From Camelus dromedarius (taxonomy: Eukaryota), in assembly GCF_036321535.1 (NCBI RefSeq), contig NC_087437.1, positions 89,964,001 to 90,028,000 of the forward strand: a DNA stretch of 64,000 nucleotides. The letters run 5' to 3'. Under the pieces are notes generated by a model. That model saw nothing but the letters and a program-made list of their open reading frames with translations, ran no database searches and had not been told where the DNA came from. Below are positions 1 to 13,043 of the stretch, piece by piece. Within the stretch, counting starts at the first letter, position 1. Each line of letters begins with the position of its first letter. The position numbers and the translations under genes were made by a program.

Positions 1-1460
1 GGTAGTTTAAAAATGATATTTCTAGGTGTATTTTTTAAGCATTTATCCTGCTTGATGTTCTCTGAGGTTCCTGAATATGTGATTTGGTGTCTGACATTAA
101 TTTGAGGAAATTCTGAGTTATTGTTTCAAATATTCTTCTTTTCCTTCTTTGGTACTCCCATTAAGTGTATGTTACACCTTTTGTAGTTGTCCCACAGTCC
201 TTGGAAATTCTATTCTGTTTTTTGTTTTTTTTTTCCCCCAACCTTAATTCCCTGCCTTTTATTTTTGGAGATTTTTATTGAGATCTCCTCAAGTTCAGAG
301 ATTCCTTCCTCAGCTGTATCTAGTCCACTAACAAGCCCAACAAAATCATTCTTCATTTCAATTTTAGTATTTTTATCTCTAGTATTTCTTTTTGGTTCTC
401 TCTTAACATTTCCACTCTGCTTCCACTGACCATCTGGTCCAGCATGCTATTTACTTTATCTACTGGCACACTTGGCATATTAACTTGCTGACTCTTTAAA
501 CTGAATTTTTGCTCTTGGCATGCCTTGTGATTTTTTTCTCAATAGCTAGGCACAACATACTACATAAAAGGAACTAATGTAAAAAGGCATTTAATAATCA
601 TCTAGTGGTAAGGTGTGCCGGGAGGGGAAGCATTCTACATTCCTATAATTAGGTCTCAGTCACTCAGTCAGTAGGGATCCTTTTTACCTCTGGACTGCAA
701 ACTTCGAGTTTCTCAGGTTTGTTTTTTCTCTCTTCTTTTTCTTTTTCTTTTTTTCCTCCCTGCTTAGACGGTACAGGAAAGCTAGAGTGAGCTGGAGTTG
801 GGAATTTCCCTTCTTCAGGTCAGTTAGGCTCTGATCATACTCCAGCAGGTTTGGCTCTAGTTAACTAGTTTCCCTTGAGGGCAGGCCTTGTTGAGAAGAC
901 AAAATGCTCTGGTATATTTCACATGTTTTTTTCACCTCCCCCATGGAGATGGCAGGGAGGAGATGGGGAGTATCTTTCTGTGATTGCCTGGTGGGATTTT
1001 TCTCTGATATTTACTGTGGGAGCCTGGTCAAGCTCCTGCGAGTAAACTTTACAATATTTTGAGGTCTTCCCTATGGCTGAGGCCCCTGGAGGTTTTTTTT
1101 TTTTTAACTCTCAAATGTGTACACACTAAGTATTCAGCATTTCAACAATTACAGTTCAAACTCTTAAAATGGAAACAGGTTGATGGAAAATAAAGTTTCT
1201 AAAAATTGTGAAAAAAAATCAATTACAGTTCAGGTCTTCCTATCCTGGCACTGGTTTTCAAGGTGGCTTGCACTTATGAGTCTCTGCTTGGGTGTGTCTT
1301 GACTCCCTGATTTATGCCTGTCTTTCCAATCTTGAGAACTTTGCCCTGGGTTTTCCCCTTTGCTTATGGATCCAAGAAAAGGTGCTGATTTTTAGGCTGT
1401 TCACCTTTTTACTTGTTAAAATGTAGTAGAGACTTCCAAGCTCCTTAAACGCAGAACCTA
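1..1460 (-). mobile_element. Old L1M-type LINE-1, 5'/ORF1 region, antisense and degenerate
   Basis: T-rich antisense L1 ORF1-like text (e.g. caagttcagagattccttcctcagctgtatctagtccact) followed by L1M 5'-end-like sequence. No intact ORF. Continues off the window start. Confidence 0.65.
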
Positions 1461-1851
1461 TGATCTGAATTTAACTGAAAATATTGCATCCTTGATTCAT
1501 AAATTAGTCATTTGGGTCCTAAGTGACAAACTCAGATCAAGGTGGGCCTCAAGTGTGGTTACTCTATTGGAGCTTGATGGTCAAAACATAAAATAAGGTA
1601 ATAAACTATATACATAAACCAAAAGGAAGACAGAGTCACAGAGACATGTGTGGGTCAAGAATGAATGTTATGTATTTTGCAGATAGTTAAATAAATACGC
1701 CAAAAACAAAAATATAAAATAATACTCCCATAAGAAAACAAACAGCAATTAATTTAAATAGCAAAATTTACTTTAGGTTGAAGAAAAATGCAAGCAATAA
1801 CTTGGTATGTTGATAATTCAGTGATGGATAAACAAATATACATGATAAAAT

Positions 1852-2510
1852 TGAGACAGGAGGGAATGGGGAAGGACATAGCCATTCAAGGAATGTTGCA
1901 GCAATTTACACCAAAATGGTGGAAGATTCAACTCCCACTAGGCCCTGAGGCTCAAGATGGCAGGAGATTTAACTTCTAGTAGAACTTGAGCTTCATTATG
2001 TGCTCATTGTAATATATCAGCATGATTAATAACATGTCCACAGGCGCCATGACAGTTCCAAGGCTAACCACAGAAGTCAAAGAGTGAGCATTGTCCCAAT
2101 TCCTGGGCATCCCAGCCCCTTCCTCAGGGTAGTTGGAATGGTCCTCCCACTTGTTGGCATGTAAAGCTACCAAGCCCATAAAAACTAGCAACATAGCACT
2201 TCATGGCCTCTCTTGCTGCCTCATCTTCAGAGATGGCCTGCATTCTGCCTATGGAGTATGTACCTACTTTTACTTAAACCTAAGCACCCAACCCCTACAA
2301 CTCATGGCCTTTCTTTCGCCTTCTGAAACAGCCTACATTCTATGTAGTATGTATCTCTCTAAATAAATCTATCTTTACTCAACTGTGGCTCGCCTGAATT
2401 CTTTTCAGCGTGAAGCCAAGGACCCACAATTGGCAGGGCATGCCTCAGGTGCTCAACCGAGACCTGGGACACAGCCCTCCTCTCATCCCACATTCATTTT
2501 TCGTGTATCA
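1852..2510 (+). mobile_element. ERV1 solo LTR (MER41-like)
   Basis: Begins TG (1852), ends CA (2510), flanked by the 4-bp direct repeat AAAT (1848-1851 and 2511-2514). TATA-like CATAAAAA near 2177, AATAAA at 2362-2367. The U5-like tgtggctcgcctgaattctttt...ccaaggaccc resembles MER41-type LTRs (recalled). Confidence 0.8.
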
Positions 2511-3952
2511 AAATTACTCTCATATTTTAAATTTGCTTTAACAACGTACAAAATTCTCTCACAGAAATGGGATTTTTTTTTTGCATTTACCAGAGCTTCC
2601 TGGTCAAAAAAAAAAAAAAAAAGAAAGGTAATCTTTCTGAAGACCTCACCACGGAAGAGATAATACATTTGTTTAGTAGTTTTATTAAAAGAGAGAATTA
2701 GAACACATTGTGTTTAAATATGACCTTTTAAAATTTGGAGCAAGATAAACATAATTCAGTTCTAGAGAAGAGAAGTTACTAGACTATAACAGAGAAATCA
2801 GTAAGTAAAATGAAATGATCTATTCTAGGAAGTGTTCGTCTTAGATTCAAGAACTATATGGAGGATTTATTTTCATTACTGGTTTTATTTTACATTGGAC
2901 AATTATAATCCAGAATCTGCAGTGTTTAAAACAGGAGAATTCTTATGTTTTTCACCCATCTAACAGGAATACTTAGAAATACTCTTCATGGTAGCTAATC
3001 ATTTACAATTACATCACCAAGTGTGACTAATGCCTCACAAGTCACTCACTAAAAGACTTCTCACAAAATGGTAAGATTAAGACATGCCGAATATTGGTAG
3101 AACTATGGAAATGATACAGTAATTTAATATAGTTCTGTAAGGTGTTTACATATTTTGCCAGTCTAACCACGTTCTTCCATTGGACAACATTAGAATACCC
3201 AGAATAATTTTCAGTGGACAAAGTAGATCACTGAATATACTATTAAATAACACAAAGATTTCTAAAGGTGAGTATTAGGGCACATACCTCCATGCCCAGC
3301 TACAGATGCTACTCTAATAGAGAAGTCTCTGTGATTTATAAATCATCTATAAATACTGTTGCTCTATTCAGCCTCAAGAATTATTTGAACAGACACTTCA
3401 GTCCTGCAATGCATTAGTTCCTACTATAATTTATATTACCAACCAGCAGAATAAATTGAAGTAAAAAAGGCTTGGGAATCCTTGGGAGAAGTACTTGTTA
3501 AATGTAACCCGAAAGCAGATTTGAAAGTTTTTCCCTTTTAAATTTATTTTCCCAGGGTCCTAATAAATGAAAGCTGGGCTAGTATCCAGGTTCCAAGTCA
3601 CTAGAGCCTGATTGTTTTCTATTTGTTTCACTATTTAAAGCCAACAAAAGCTGCATTAAAATTGACGGTGCCAAGTAGTAACAAGCATACTTTAAGCATG
3701 GCTAATGTATGAACCCACAGCCTGAGGTTATAATATTTCAAATGCAACAGAATTTAAAGGCTAGGCTCTTTGTCACTGCATTTCATGAGTAAAACATTTT
3801 TTTAATATATCTTGTTTATGAAAACACAAAAAAATCTTCCTAATCACAGAATAACTTGTATTACTCTATGTTCTCTTTTTGCATTTCTAGTCACAGATTA
3901 CTTATACCCCTATCTTTAAACAAAAGCTTAAGCATAAATATATTATCTCTTT

Positions 3953-4004
3953 CATATATATATATATATTTTTTTTTTTTACTTCAAACACACACACACA
4001 CACA
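3953..4004. repeat. Compound microsatellite (TA)n-Tn-(CA)n
   Basis: Visible atatatat...tttttt...cacacaca tract. Confidence 0.9.
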
Positions 4005-7000
4005 ATTGGTCCTCGTGCTTTCTTCCTGACTTTTGAAAACATTTCTAATTTTAATCATTCACATCCCTGTCAGCCACTTTTGAGCAACAAAAAAACTTCC
4101 TACTGTCTTCCCTCCAAAGCATGAAAAATATAATTATATTTAAAATGTCTACTGAATTATCAGTGAACTCTATGTCTATATTTTCATTTAAATAAATTAA
4201 ATGATTTTGGTTAATTAATCTCTGGGATTTTTATATTTTATTATTTCCAATTTGTTCAAGACAAAAACTTGCATGCTAACATTATAAACCTTTAGCCTGA
4301 GCCAGACAAAGGGAGGATCTTTAAAAGATCTTTAAGGATCCGTGCATTTTTTTACATTGAATAGTTGCAATTACCTTTCAACTGTTTTCAGGTTAATAAA
4401 GAAAATATTTTGAAGACTGTATACTTTTAGAGAATAGGGCTGAGATGTCTGATATTATAATTACTGTTTTTGAGCATTTACATGAGTAAATATGTAACCA
4501 GCTGTGGTCAGGATATAACATACATCCTCAGGATATTTAACTATAATCTGCTTTACCTTTTTCCCCCTCCATTTCACTTGGCTGATACAACTCCAATGTT
4601 AATCTTCAATTAACCTATATTAATCTGTCTAATGATTAACAGAAATAAATCTCTATTGTGTCTCCCTCTGTTCGTACTCAGAAAGGAGTGACGATGAGAA
4701 TTGTTTCAAGTGTTTGGAAAGAGTCCTTGACCAAGTTAACAGATAATGTAAATTCTTTCATTTGACTCCTTCCTGCTTAGCACTCCATAAAGATTCATTG
4801 CCTTTTGGAGTATAAAAATCCTTATTTCAACATCAGAAATCTGACATCCAAATTTGTTTATTTTCCTATCAGATCTTTTAGAAATTATTAATTTTTATTT
4901 TATTAATCACAGCAGCACCCATGTCTTATATGTGCACATCATCTGTTTACTCTCTGTCTCTCATACATTTTTATCCGCAGGTCATTTGAAACAACCCCTT
5001 TGTTCATACCTAACAAATATTCTAAGACTATAGGAATCCTTCACAAAGGGCAAGAATACAGCTACGTAAATTTTTTAATGGTTGCTATCTTAATAATCAT
5101 CTGATCCACACTGTTCATTTTATAGATGAAGAAACTAAGGTTGTAGAATTTCAATTGTCTGGATCATTATTCAAGGGGAAAAAAGGATAGTGATTTTATT
5201 TTTCTTTTTATTCTGTTGCCTACACTTTCAAATGAATATAATCTTTTTAAAAAGCTAAGCTTAGACTGTATATGGAGGAAAAACCCTGAAAAATATAGAC
5301 ACTATGTTCAAATAATAGGAAAAAATACTCTTTCAAACCAAGGCACTATATATGACACCAACCACTGGCAAAGCACTTGGAGGCAGATGGAGTACAGGCT
5401 CTATGAAGTCCCTTTTAAATGTAGGACTCATAAAATTCTTATTAAGGCAATTTCTCTAGTTATAGTCATGCCTAAATCTGTGGCTGTGAGACTATCATAC
5501 TCACCACAACACATGCTTTTTCTCTTTTTTATGAAGGCCTAGATATAAAAGTACTGCTGACCCAAAACTATGAAAAAGAGTTAAATTTCATCCTCCACCT
5601 TGTGATTCCTTCAGGCCAAATTTCTGTTCGCTCACTGGTTTTGTGGTTACAGTTTTTTCCTTCTATTCATATCACTGACGGTTTGAAAGCATCTCCTTTA
5701 GAATCTGGTACTTCAAAAACTGAACGGAGACAACTGTTAAATGGTGTGGCTGTGTTGCATTTTTCTTAGTGGAGGAGGTGAAACTGTAGGTGTTGAGAGA
5801 ATCCCTTGATCTTCAATATATCAAAGTCTTTGTAATAAGGTCAATTACAATGACCATTTGTGGTCATTAGAATCCTTCTTTAATTTTTCTTTTGTGTTGC
5901 TGTTTAATAATATATTTTACATAATAATATATTTTACTAATATTTTGTTTTCTATCCTGTTATACTCAATGTAAAATTAATTTGTATTTTTTAATTATAT
6001 TATAAATTTACTCTTTTCTAAAAGTTTTTGTGATGACTAAATTTGTATTTTAAATTATACTTAAATAATCTCTCTTAAAAATCATACTTTTTTTTAATGA
6101 GTTTTTTATATACTGCAATAAATCCAAAACATTACCTAAATGATTTTTCACTTGGTTTCTTGTATATTTGACTGCATGGTCTATGTCTTTTCTATTGTCT
6201 TATTGAATTTCTACCCACCAGTCCTCTACTTACATGCAAGTTTCTCCTTACCACTCCTTTCCATCAAATCCAGAGATTATTTCTCTGTATAGAACTCATT
6301 GGGAACAAAGTGTATTTTACAAGTATTATTAGATCTTTTGCTGTGACTCACTCCCATGCAGATGGTACACATCTGAAGGGGCTCTATTCTAGCTAGGAAA
6401 GATCCAGCTGATGCTCTGAAAAATTATTCTCTCTTGGTGAAAAGTTAGCTTGCCACTGCCTTCCCTGCTGCATTATTAAACACGAAGGAGTGATTCCCTT
6501 AATCCCAACCATCTGCTCTTCCCCTACTAAAAAGTGAAAACATCCCCTTGTGTTTACAAATGTTGCTGCTAAAGCTTCACAAATTATAAGAGATGGTTGT
6601 GAAATTTCTGTATATGCTACAAGATCAAAACAAAATCCTCGTCACCAAAAATCTGTAAGAAATAAACCAAATTTATATCACACGATAAACCCAACTGTGT
6701 TTTAATGTAATGCAATTATATTTAAACTACAGCCTCAGAATGTAAATTCTTTTAGCATCTCAGTACAATATTTGCATTTTAAATATACTCCTACTTGTCC
6801 AGACTTCCAAAAGTACATACACTAAGAAAATGGATCATCTTCAATTCTTTGTAATTTTCACAGATTTGTAGAGTGTACAGAATTTGAGCATCAGGAAAGG
6901 TTCAGTTTCGTTGGAATTAAAGAAAAAACAAAATATCTGAATGCTCAGTTGAGTAACAGACTCACAATCTCTCAACTAGGAACGCAGGAACAAGTGTTGC

Positions 7001-10000
7001 ACACCATGTTTATGATTTTCAGGACAGTGACTTACACACTGAAGTATTACTAGGTGAAAACAACGGTACTGCTTTGTAGCAGACTCTTGTTTTCCTCACA
7101 GAAGGCACTGCAAACTAGAATCATCCCAGTTTAACAGCTCTAAATTACCAACCAACTCACCAGAAACAACCTTATAAGCAAGAGAAAATTCGAATTCCCC
7201 AATATTTTTATTTGATGTTCATTTTTTTTAAAATTGTGTATAATGTAACCTAAAAGTTCTTCCTAGTTCTCTTTTGCTTCTAGTATGAAGATATTTTAAT
7301 TAACATTAAATTTATTTTTGTTGAAGACCAATTGCTTTAGCTTCCCTTTAGGACACTGTCTTTGTCAACAGGCCAATTTCTATTTCATAGTTTAGTCCTT
7401 TTGTGCTTAGCAAATAATTCCTTATCACCTATGTTCCAGACCCTTTTCACCCATTTTTTCCTCAATGCTTTTCCTTTAATTCTTGTCCCTCCAAGTTCCT
7501 TTTAAGTCTATAACAGTTCTGAAAACATTCATTCTTACTTAAAATGGAATTCACATAATTAGCTGTTTTACTGTCACAGTACCTGGTAAATAAAATTATG
7601 CTTTCTTTGTAAGCCTTTTCTTTCAAATATCCTTTCAATTCACTATAACATACCATGTGTTTATTTTTCTAGTCCATTTACCTGTCCTAGTGATTTTCTT
7701 GCTTTCAGTCTGAAAATCTGAATTATTTAGGTAATGAGTTCACTGTGGTCAAGCACAACGAAACATCTGCCTTCTTACAGCTTCTACACTTGTGGCCTCG
7801 AGAGTTCACTCCTTGATATTTATGACAAACTACTTTCTGTACCTAAGCTGGGACTCTGGGGATATGTCAAAGGCTACTTTGGAGTAGATGTAGCTAGTAA
7901 AATAAACTTCCCTAGATAATTTTCCAGTTCTCTGGTTGGCTCTACCTATTCTAAAAGCATTTTAATCTGGATTCCAGTGAACTTTACAGAAAGGCTCATT
8001 TTTATGTGAACTTTCAATGACCACCAAGCTAATAGCTTCATGTCAAATTTATTATCATCTAAACAAAATATACACTTTGAGTCGGTTCTTAAATCTATCT
8101 TTCATGAAACTGTCTCCTAAGATCAACTTGGTGCCATGTTTCTTTTTTCTTATCCTTAGCCTTGTAGTAATACTCATATTTCCTAATTTCCTACTTGGGC
8201 CGAGGCTTTTTTCCCTTAAACCTGGTAAGTTTACTTTGATTTTACATTTTTTTCACTTCTTCCATTAACATATTTTCAGTTTTATGTTCTTACTCCTTCT
8301 TTCTATTCACTGTCATTTTATAAATTCTCAACCCTAACTCCACCAAGTTTTTTGTAATTTGGTCAGGACTTTCCTGATGATTACAATCATTCTCAGTTTT
8401 ATTTTTAAATAGCAGCAATGCACTTCAAAATAATTCAATAATTTTTTCTTAATAGAAGCAAAGAGAAAATTGCAAATATAAGTCAATGTAAAACTATTCT
8501 TTTTGTCTTTATATTTTCAATGTGTATATTCAGATGTTATTGTCATATTCATATACCAAGTGGAGCCAAGAATGAAGACAAGTGGTAAAACAGCATAACA
8601 CACTGGTAAAGCTCATAGTTCTGATACAAAAGGAGGGACAATTGTGAGATTTGGAAGTCATGGGCCAGAAGCATGATTGTGTACTGTGGACTGGTTAGAG
8701 TAAATAGTCCTGCAGCTAGGCAGCAGGGGAACTGGCTATTACTTTGTTGTGCTTTCAAGTGAATCACAACTACTTTCCAGAGTGAGATGATTCAACTCAA
8801 AACCACTTTGTCTAAATAATTCAGATTTTAGAGTCAGGAACTCAAATATTATGGCACGAGAACTAGGAATATATGGGAGTTCCCAAATGAGGCTGCAACT
8901 CTCACTTCTGGGCAGTGAGTCAAACAAAACAGTGGAGTAATTAAAATGAAATGTTCATTACATACCCCCTACAAACACACACACACACGCACAACACACA
9001 AACATCATTTCTTTTATTTAGATTATTCCCTCCCCACCTTCCTAATCAAAATTTTTACTCAGGACTGGCTCTAATGAGCCCATTCATACTGTATGTGTCT
9101 AATATAACTTACAGCCTTTTAACCCTCCCTGTGGTGTTTATTTTTGAATAGGGGTAGCATTTTTGGAAACATAAGACTTAAAACAATGAACTTTTACCGG
9201 TTAGATATTTAATGCATCGGCCAGCAGTAAGCGGAATGGACATTCTCAGGACTCTGGAAATCCCACCATGAGGGCAGTTACCTCCCACTTGGTGTCCTGC
9301 ATTTACAGTCTAATGTAATTGGTTCTCTGCGCAGGCGCACTATTTGCACACGTCCTCATGTCTGCCCTAGTGCTGACATTTACCTTTGCTTATGGCCTCA
9401 AAATATAGCTAAACTATTCCCTCTAGCATACTGTTGCTATTGGAAACATAAGTTTAAGCTCTCTGATTTGCTGAGTAGGGCTGCATAAAAAAAATCTCAG
9501 TACATAGCAGAGCTAAAGATGATGCAGAGATACTTAGATGAAAACAGACAATTTTGCAGCAGATTGCCTAACATATTGGCAGTTCTCAAATCACATCTCA
9601 AATCAGATGAAGTAAGTTTCAGAAAGTTATTTAGCATGAAGAATACATTATTAAATTCAATGTATAAAATGTTAATGCAGATTTGCTGGCTCTTAGTGCT
9701 GCTTGCTTGCCATCCTCCTCTTGCAACACTGGTATCATAAACTTAACTGTCAGTGTGGGGTGAGCATTCTCCCTCCAATCAACTAGCAGGCATGCTTTCT
9801 AGACATCATCTCTGCATCCTTAACCATACACAGGTCACCTTCCAGCTCTACTGAAATTAAAGCATCAGAGTCTTAGAATGAATTTTTTCTATGTACCATC
9901 AGTGGTGGTCAGGTTTTTAACAACTATCTGTATCTTTCTGTTACCTGAATTTGTGTTTTTTAGTAATACTGTGTGGCAATTACATTAATAATAGGTGAGG

Positions 10001-10629
10001 GGTGCACTGTTTACTATGACACATTTTATTTCTGAAATTAGTCAGCTGTGGATTTTACAAATTACCCTCCTTTAAGATCCTGCCACTGAATTGAGATCAA
10101 TTCATACAAATTTATGGGCATGCTATTTCTGACTGTCATTTCATGTATCTCTCAGAAGAGGCACTTCATGAATGGCCAAGAAGCTCATGGGATTGGAACA
10201 GCCATTTGGTAAACAGGTTAAAGCAAAGGGTCCAAGAGATGTGCACACTCAAAGATCAGAGAAGTTGACCATTTAATGTGACTAATCAGGAATTCCAATA
10301 TTGTCATCTTACTTTAGCGTATGTTCAGTGGCAGGTTATTTCGAGGCAGTTTTCCTAATACTCTTTGAATTCTTTACCGAAGACATTTCATTTGGTATAT
10401 GGATGAGGAGACCCCTCACCTTAATTCATGGAAGAATGTATTACACAGGAATACACCTTAGTTTTACCGGAGCAAGTAAGTTTTTCATAAAACTTATGTG
10501 GGCTCAGTTTTTCCTGATGCATTAATAATGTCTTTCATGGGCAGCCATATTTCTGACATCCTGACCTTGGTTTATGTCTAACTTCCTATCTTTTCCCAGA
10601 GAATACCACCTAGTAGCTTCTATTGACAA

Positions 10630-10800
10630 CACATTTCTGCCAGGCACTATCTCATCCATTTTGTATCCAAGTTTTTTTTAGTCCTTATAGATTCCCAATG
10701 AGGTAGGTGGTAGTATGCCCATTTTACAGATTAGAAAACTAAACTTCAGTAAGATTGGTAGATATAAGGTTAGAATCTTCAACTGTAGGGTACCAAAATC
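10630..10800. mobile_element. MIR SINE relic
   Basis: MIR core atgaggtagg...cccattttacagattagaaaactaaa. Confidence 0.65.
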
Positions 10801-12883
10801 ACTTTATCTTGATAAATCCCATGTGCTCTCCATTCTTCATTTTGCCTTCCATATACTGGAAGCTCCATGTGGCAAACTTCCTAACTTCCATACGGCCATT
10901 CTCAGGATTGCATATAGGCTAAAAGTTAATTCCTGACCTACTGCAAAGCCATTAGGCCTACACAACAGAATGTGGAGACTATTTAAAGATTCTCAATTGC
11001 TAAAGTGCTTTGAATGCATCTTCTATTTTGTAATGAAACAATAAGTCATTTGAGAATAATGCTTAACGTTGGATTTTCAAAATGATCATAGATTTGGACT
11101 TTTAAGATGTTACTTATTAAAGTTGTGTGGCCAAATTAGGAGGTATATATACTTCTTTGAGCTTTACTAATATACATGGTTTAAAATAATGATGTTTGTC
11201 TTCTTTAAATTGATATTTGTACTTCCAAAAATGAATTTTATTCTCAGTTACTGTAAAAACTGAGATATCTGTAACTGTCCTTATTTTTCACATCTTGTCT
11301 AATGAAATCTAAATGGGAAATAGCAGTTTAATTATGAAATGCTTTTTTGTAATTTATCCTTTTCTCTTACCTTGCTTCATTCACATTTTCATTAGGAGAG
11401 ACAGATACATTTGATTTTCATAGAAATTCTGTGTGCTTCATTGTTTTTTTTTGGGGGGGGGTTGTCTGTTTGGTTTTTTAACTAGGCTTTTGCTATGAAT
11501 TGCTTAGAATTCAGTTGATCCTGGATAAATGGAAAGGAAGAAGAAGAAGACTGTGAAACGGTTTTGTCTCAGCAGGCTCCACTGTGAAAGCCCAGCATGT
11601 GAGAGGAGGGTGTGAGGCAAGCCACACTGCAGCTGATGGCTGCCGTACATTGTCAGTGTTGCTGAAGTACTATCCATAGATGATGGGGTAAAAAATGGAC
11701 AAATGTGAACAGCATGAATATCAACCACATTTTAATTAGTGGTGGCTCCTCAGTAAACAAAAGTACCTATTAGATTGTAGAGCAAAATCCCAAGCAGCAG
11801 CATAGCTAGGTTTAACTTTATTTTAGATGGGATCCATTAAGCAGTATCACATCCATTAAATCAATGGTAACATGTATGCTTATATGACTAAAGTTTTACT
11901 AAGAGCTTTCACACATGTATTATCTCATTTGATCTTTCCAAAGCCCTGGGGGATAAACAAGGTATGTGTTTTCTCCTCATATTATAAGGTCATATGGCTC
12001 AGCTGTGTTAAGCAATGTATTCAACATAGTAATCAGAAGAGTTGGGGTTCAAAGTCATGTCTCCAAACTCCAAATCTTTTATTATTGTGGTTCTGGTACC
12101 ATCTTTAAAGACAATTGCATTCTGAATAGATATTCTACACAACATATTTTGATAAATTTCCTAACCACTAAATTTGATTTGACAAAGCTTTATTCTAGTT
12201 CATTCTCTAGTAAAGATTAAGTTTAATTGATAAAATCTTTAGAGTTCCCCCAAAAAGTCAGCTTATAACCACAAGCTTTGAATTTCAGGAATAACAGTAT
12301 AAGACCACAGGTTCCAGGGTAATTATATGGGAACTGCTACATTGTAACTTTCAGATGCTACAAGCAGAGCCAGTCTCTTTCAGAACTTATAAAAATTTAA
12401 AAATACTGTGCTTCCCTAAGCAAGAATGCAAGAACAATCCATGTTCCAACACTACCCTGTTTCTCTCGTTTGGCTTTTTTTTTTTTTTGAAACAAACTTT
12501 GGCTATGTGAATATCGGGGACAAAAAGGGGGTACTTTTTCACACATATAGCACCATTTGGTGCAGGCAACCCAATTCCTGTTTGGTGACAAATACTGTAA
12601 CATATATTTATAAACACAAAAAACTAAGTAGTTAAGTATTGGAATTTCTTTGCATTACTATAGATAAATGGATGGCATAATATTATTTGCATACTGTTTG
12701 TATTTAAATTTGAACTTTATATCTTCGTATAAAAATGAGCCCAGGTAGAAATGATTAAGGTGGAGGGATTAATTTCCTACAGACTGAAATATACAGAATA
12801 TTCCCAAGAGAATATTATCAATATTCTATAGACTGCTTTCCAGACACCTGGATTTTTCTTATTTTTTATGTAAAAAAAAGGAG

Positions 12884-13043
12884 TGCCACCTGCAAGCCAG
12901 GAAGAGAGCTCTCCAGAATCTGACCATGCTAGCAACCCTGATTTTGGACTTCTAGCCTCCAGAACTGTGAGAAAATAAGTTTCTGCTGTTTAAGCCATCA
13001 TGTATGTGGTATTTTGTTATGGCAGCCCAAACGGACTAAGACA
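12884..13043 (+). mobile_element. MaLR MLT1 LTR 3' fragment
   Basis: ggacttctagcctccagaactgtgagaaaataagtttctgctgtttaagcca...gtggtattttgttatggcagccc...gactaagaca, the typical MLT1 terminus. Confidence 0.85.

Noticed and set aside
800..809. NF-kB consensus GGGAATTTCC (also GGGGAACTCC at 45013-45022)
   Set aside because: Isolated 10-mers, one inside a decayed L1, with no supporting context.
6560..6668. Minus-strand acceptor-like ggtttatttcttacag with a possible exon
   Set aside because: All three frames stop within about 12 codons and no peptide is recognisable. A non-coding exon cannot be excluded but is unsupported.
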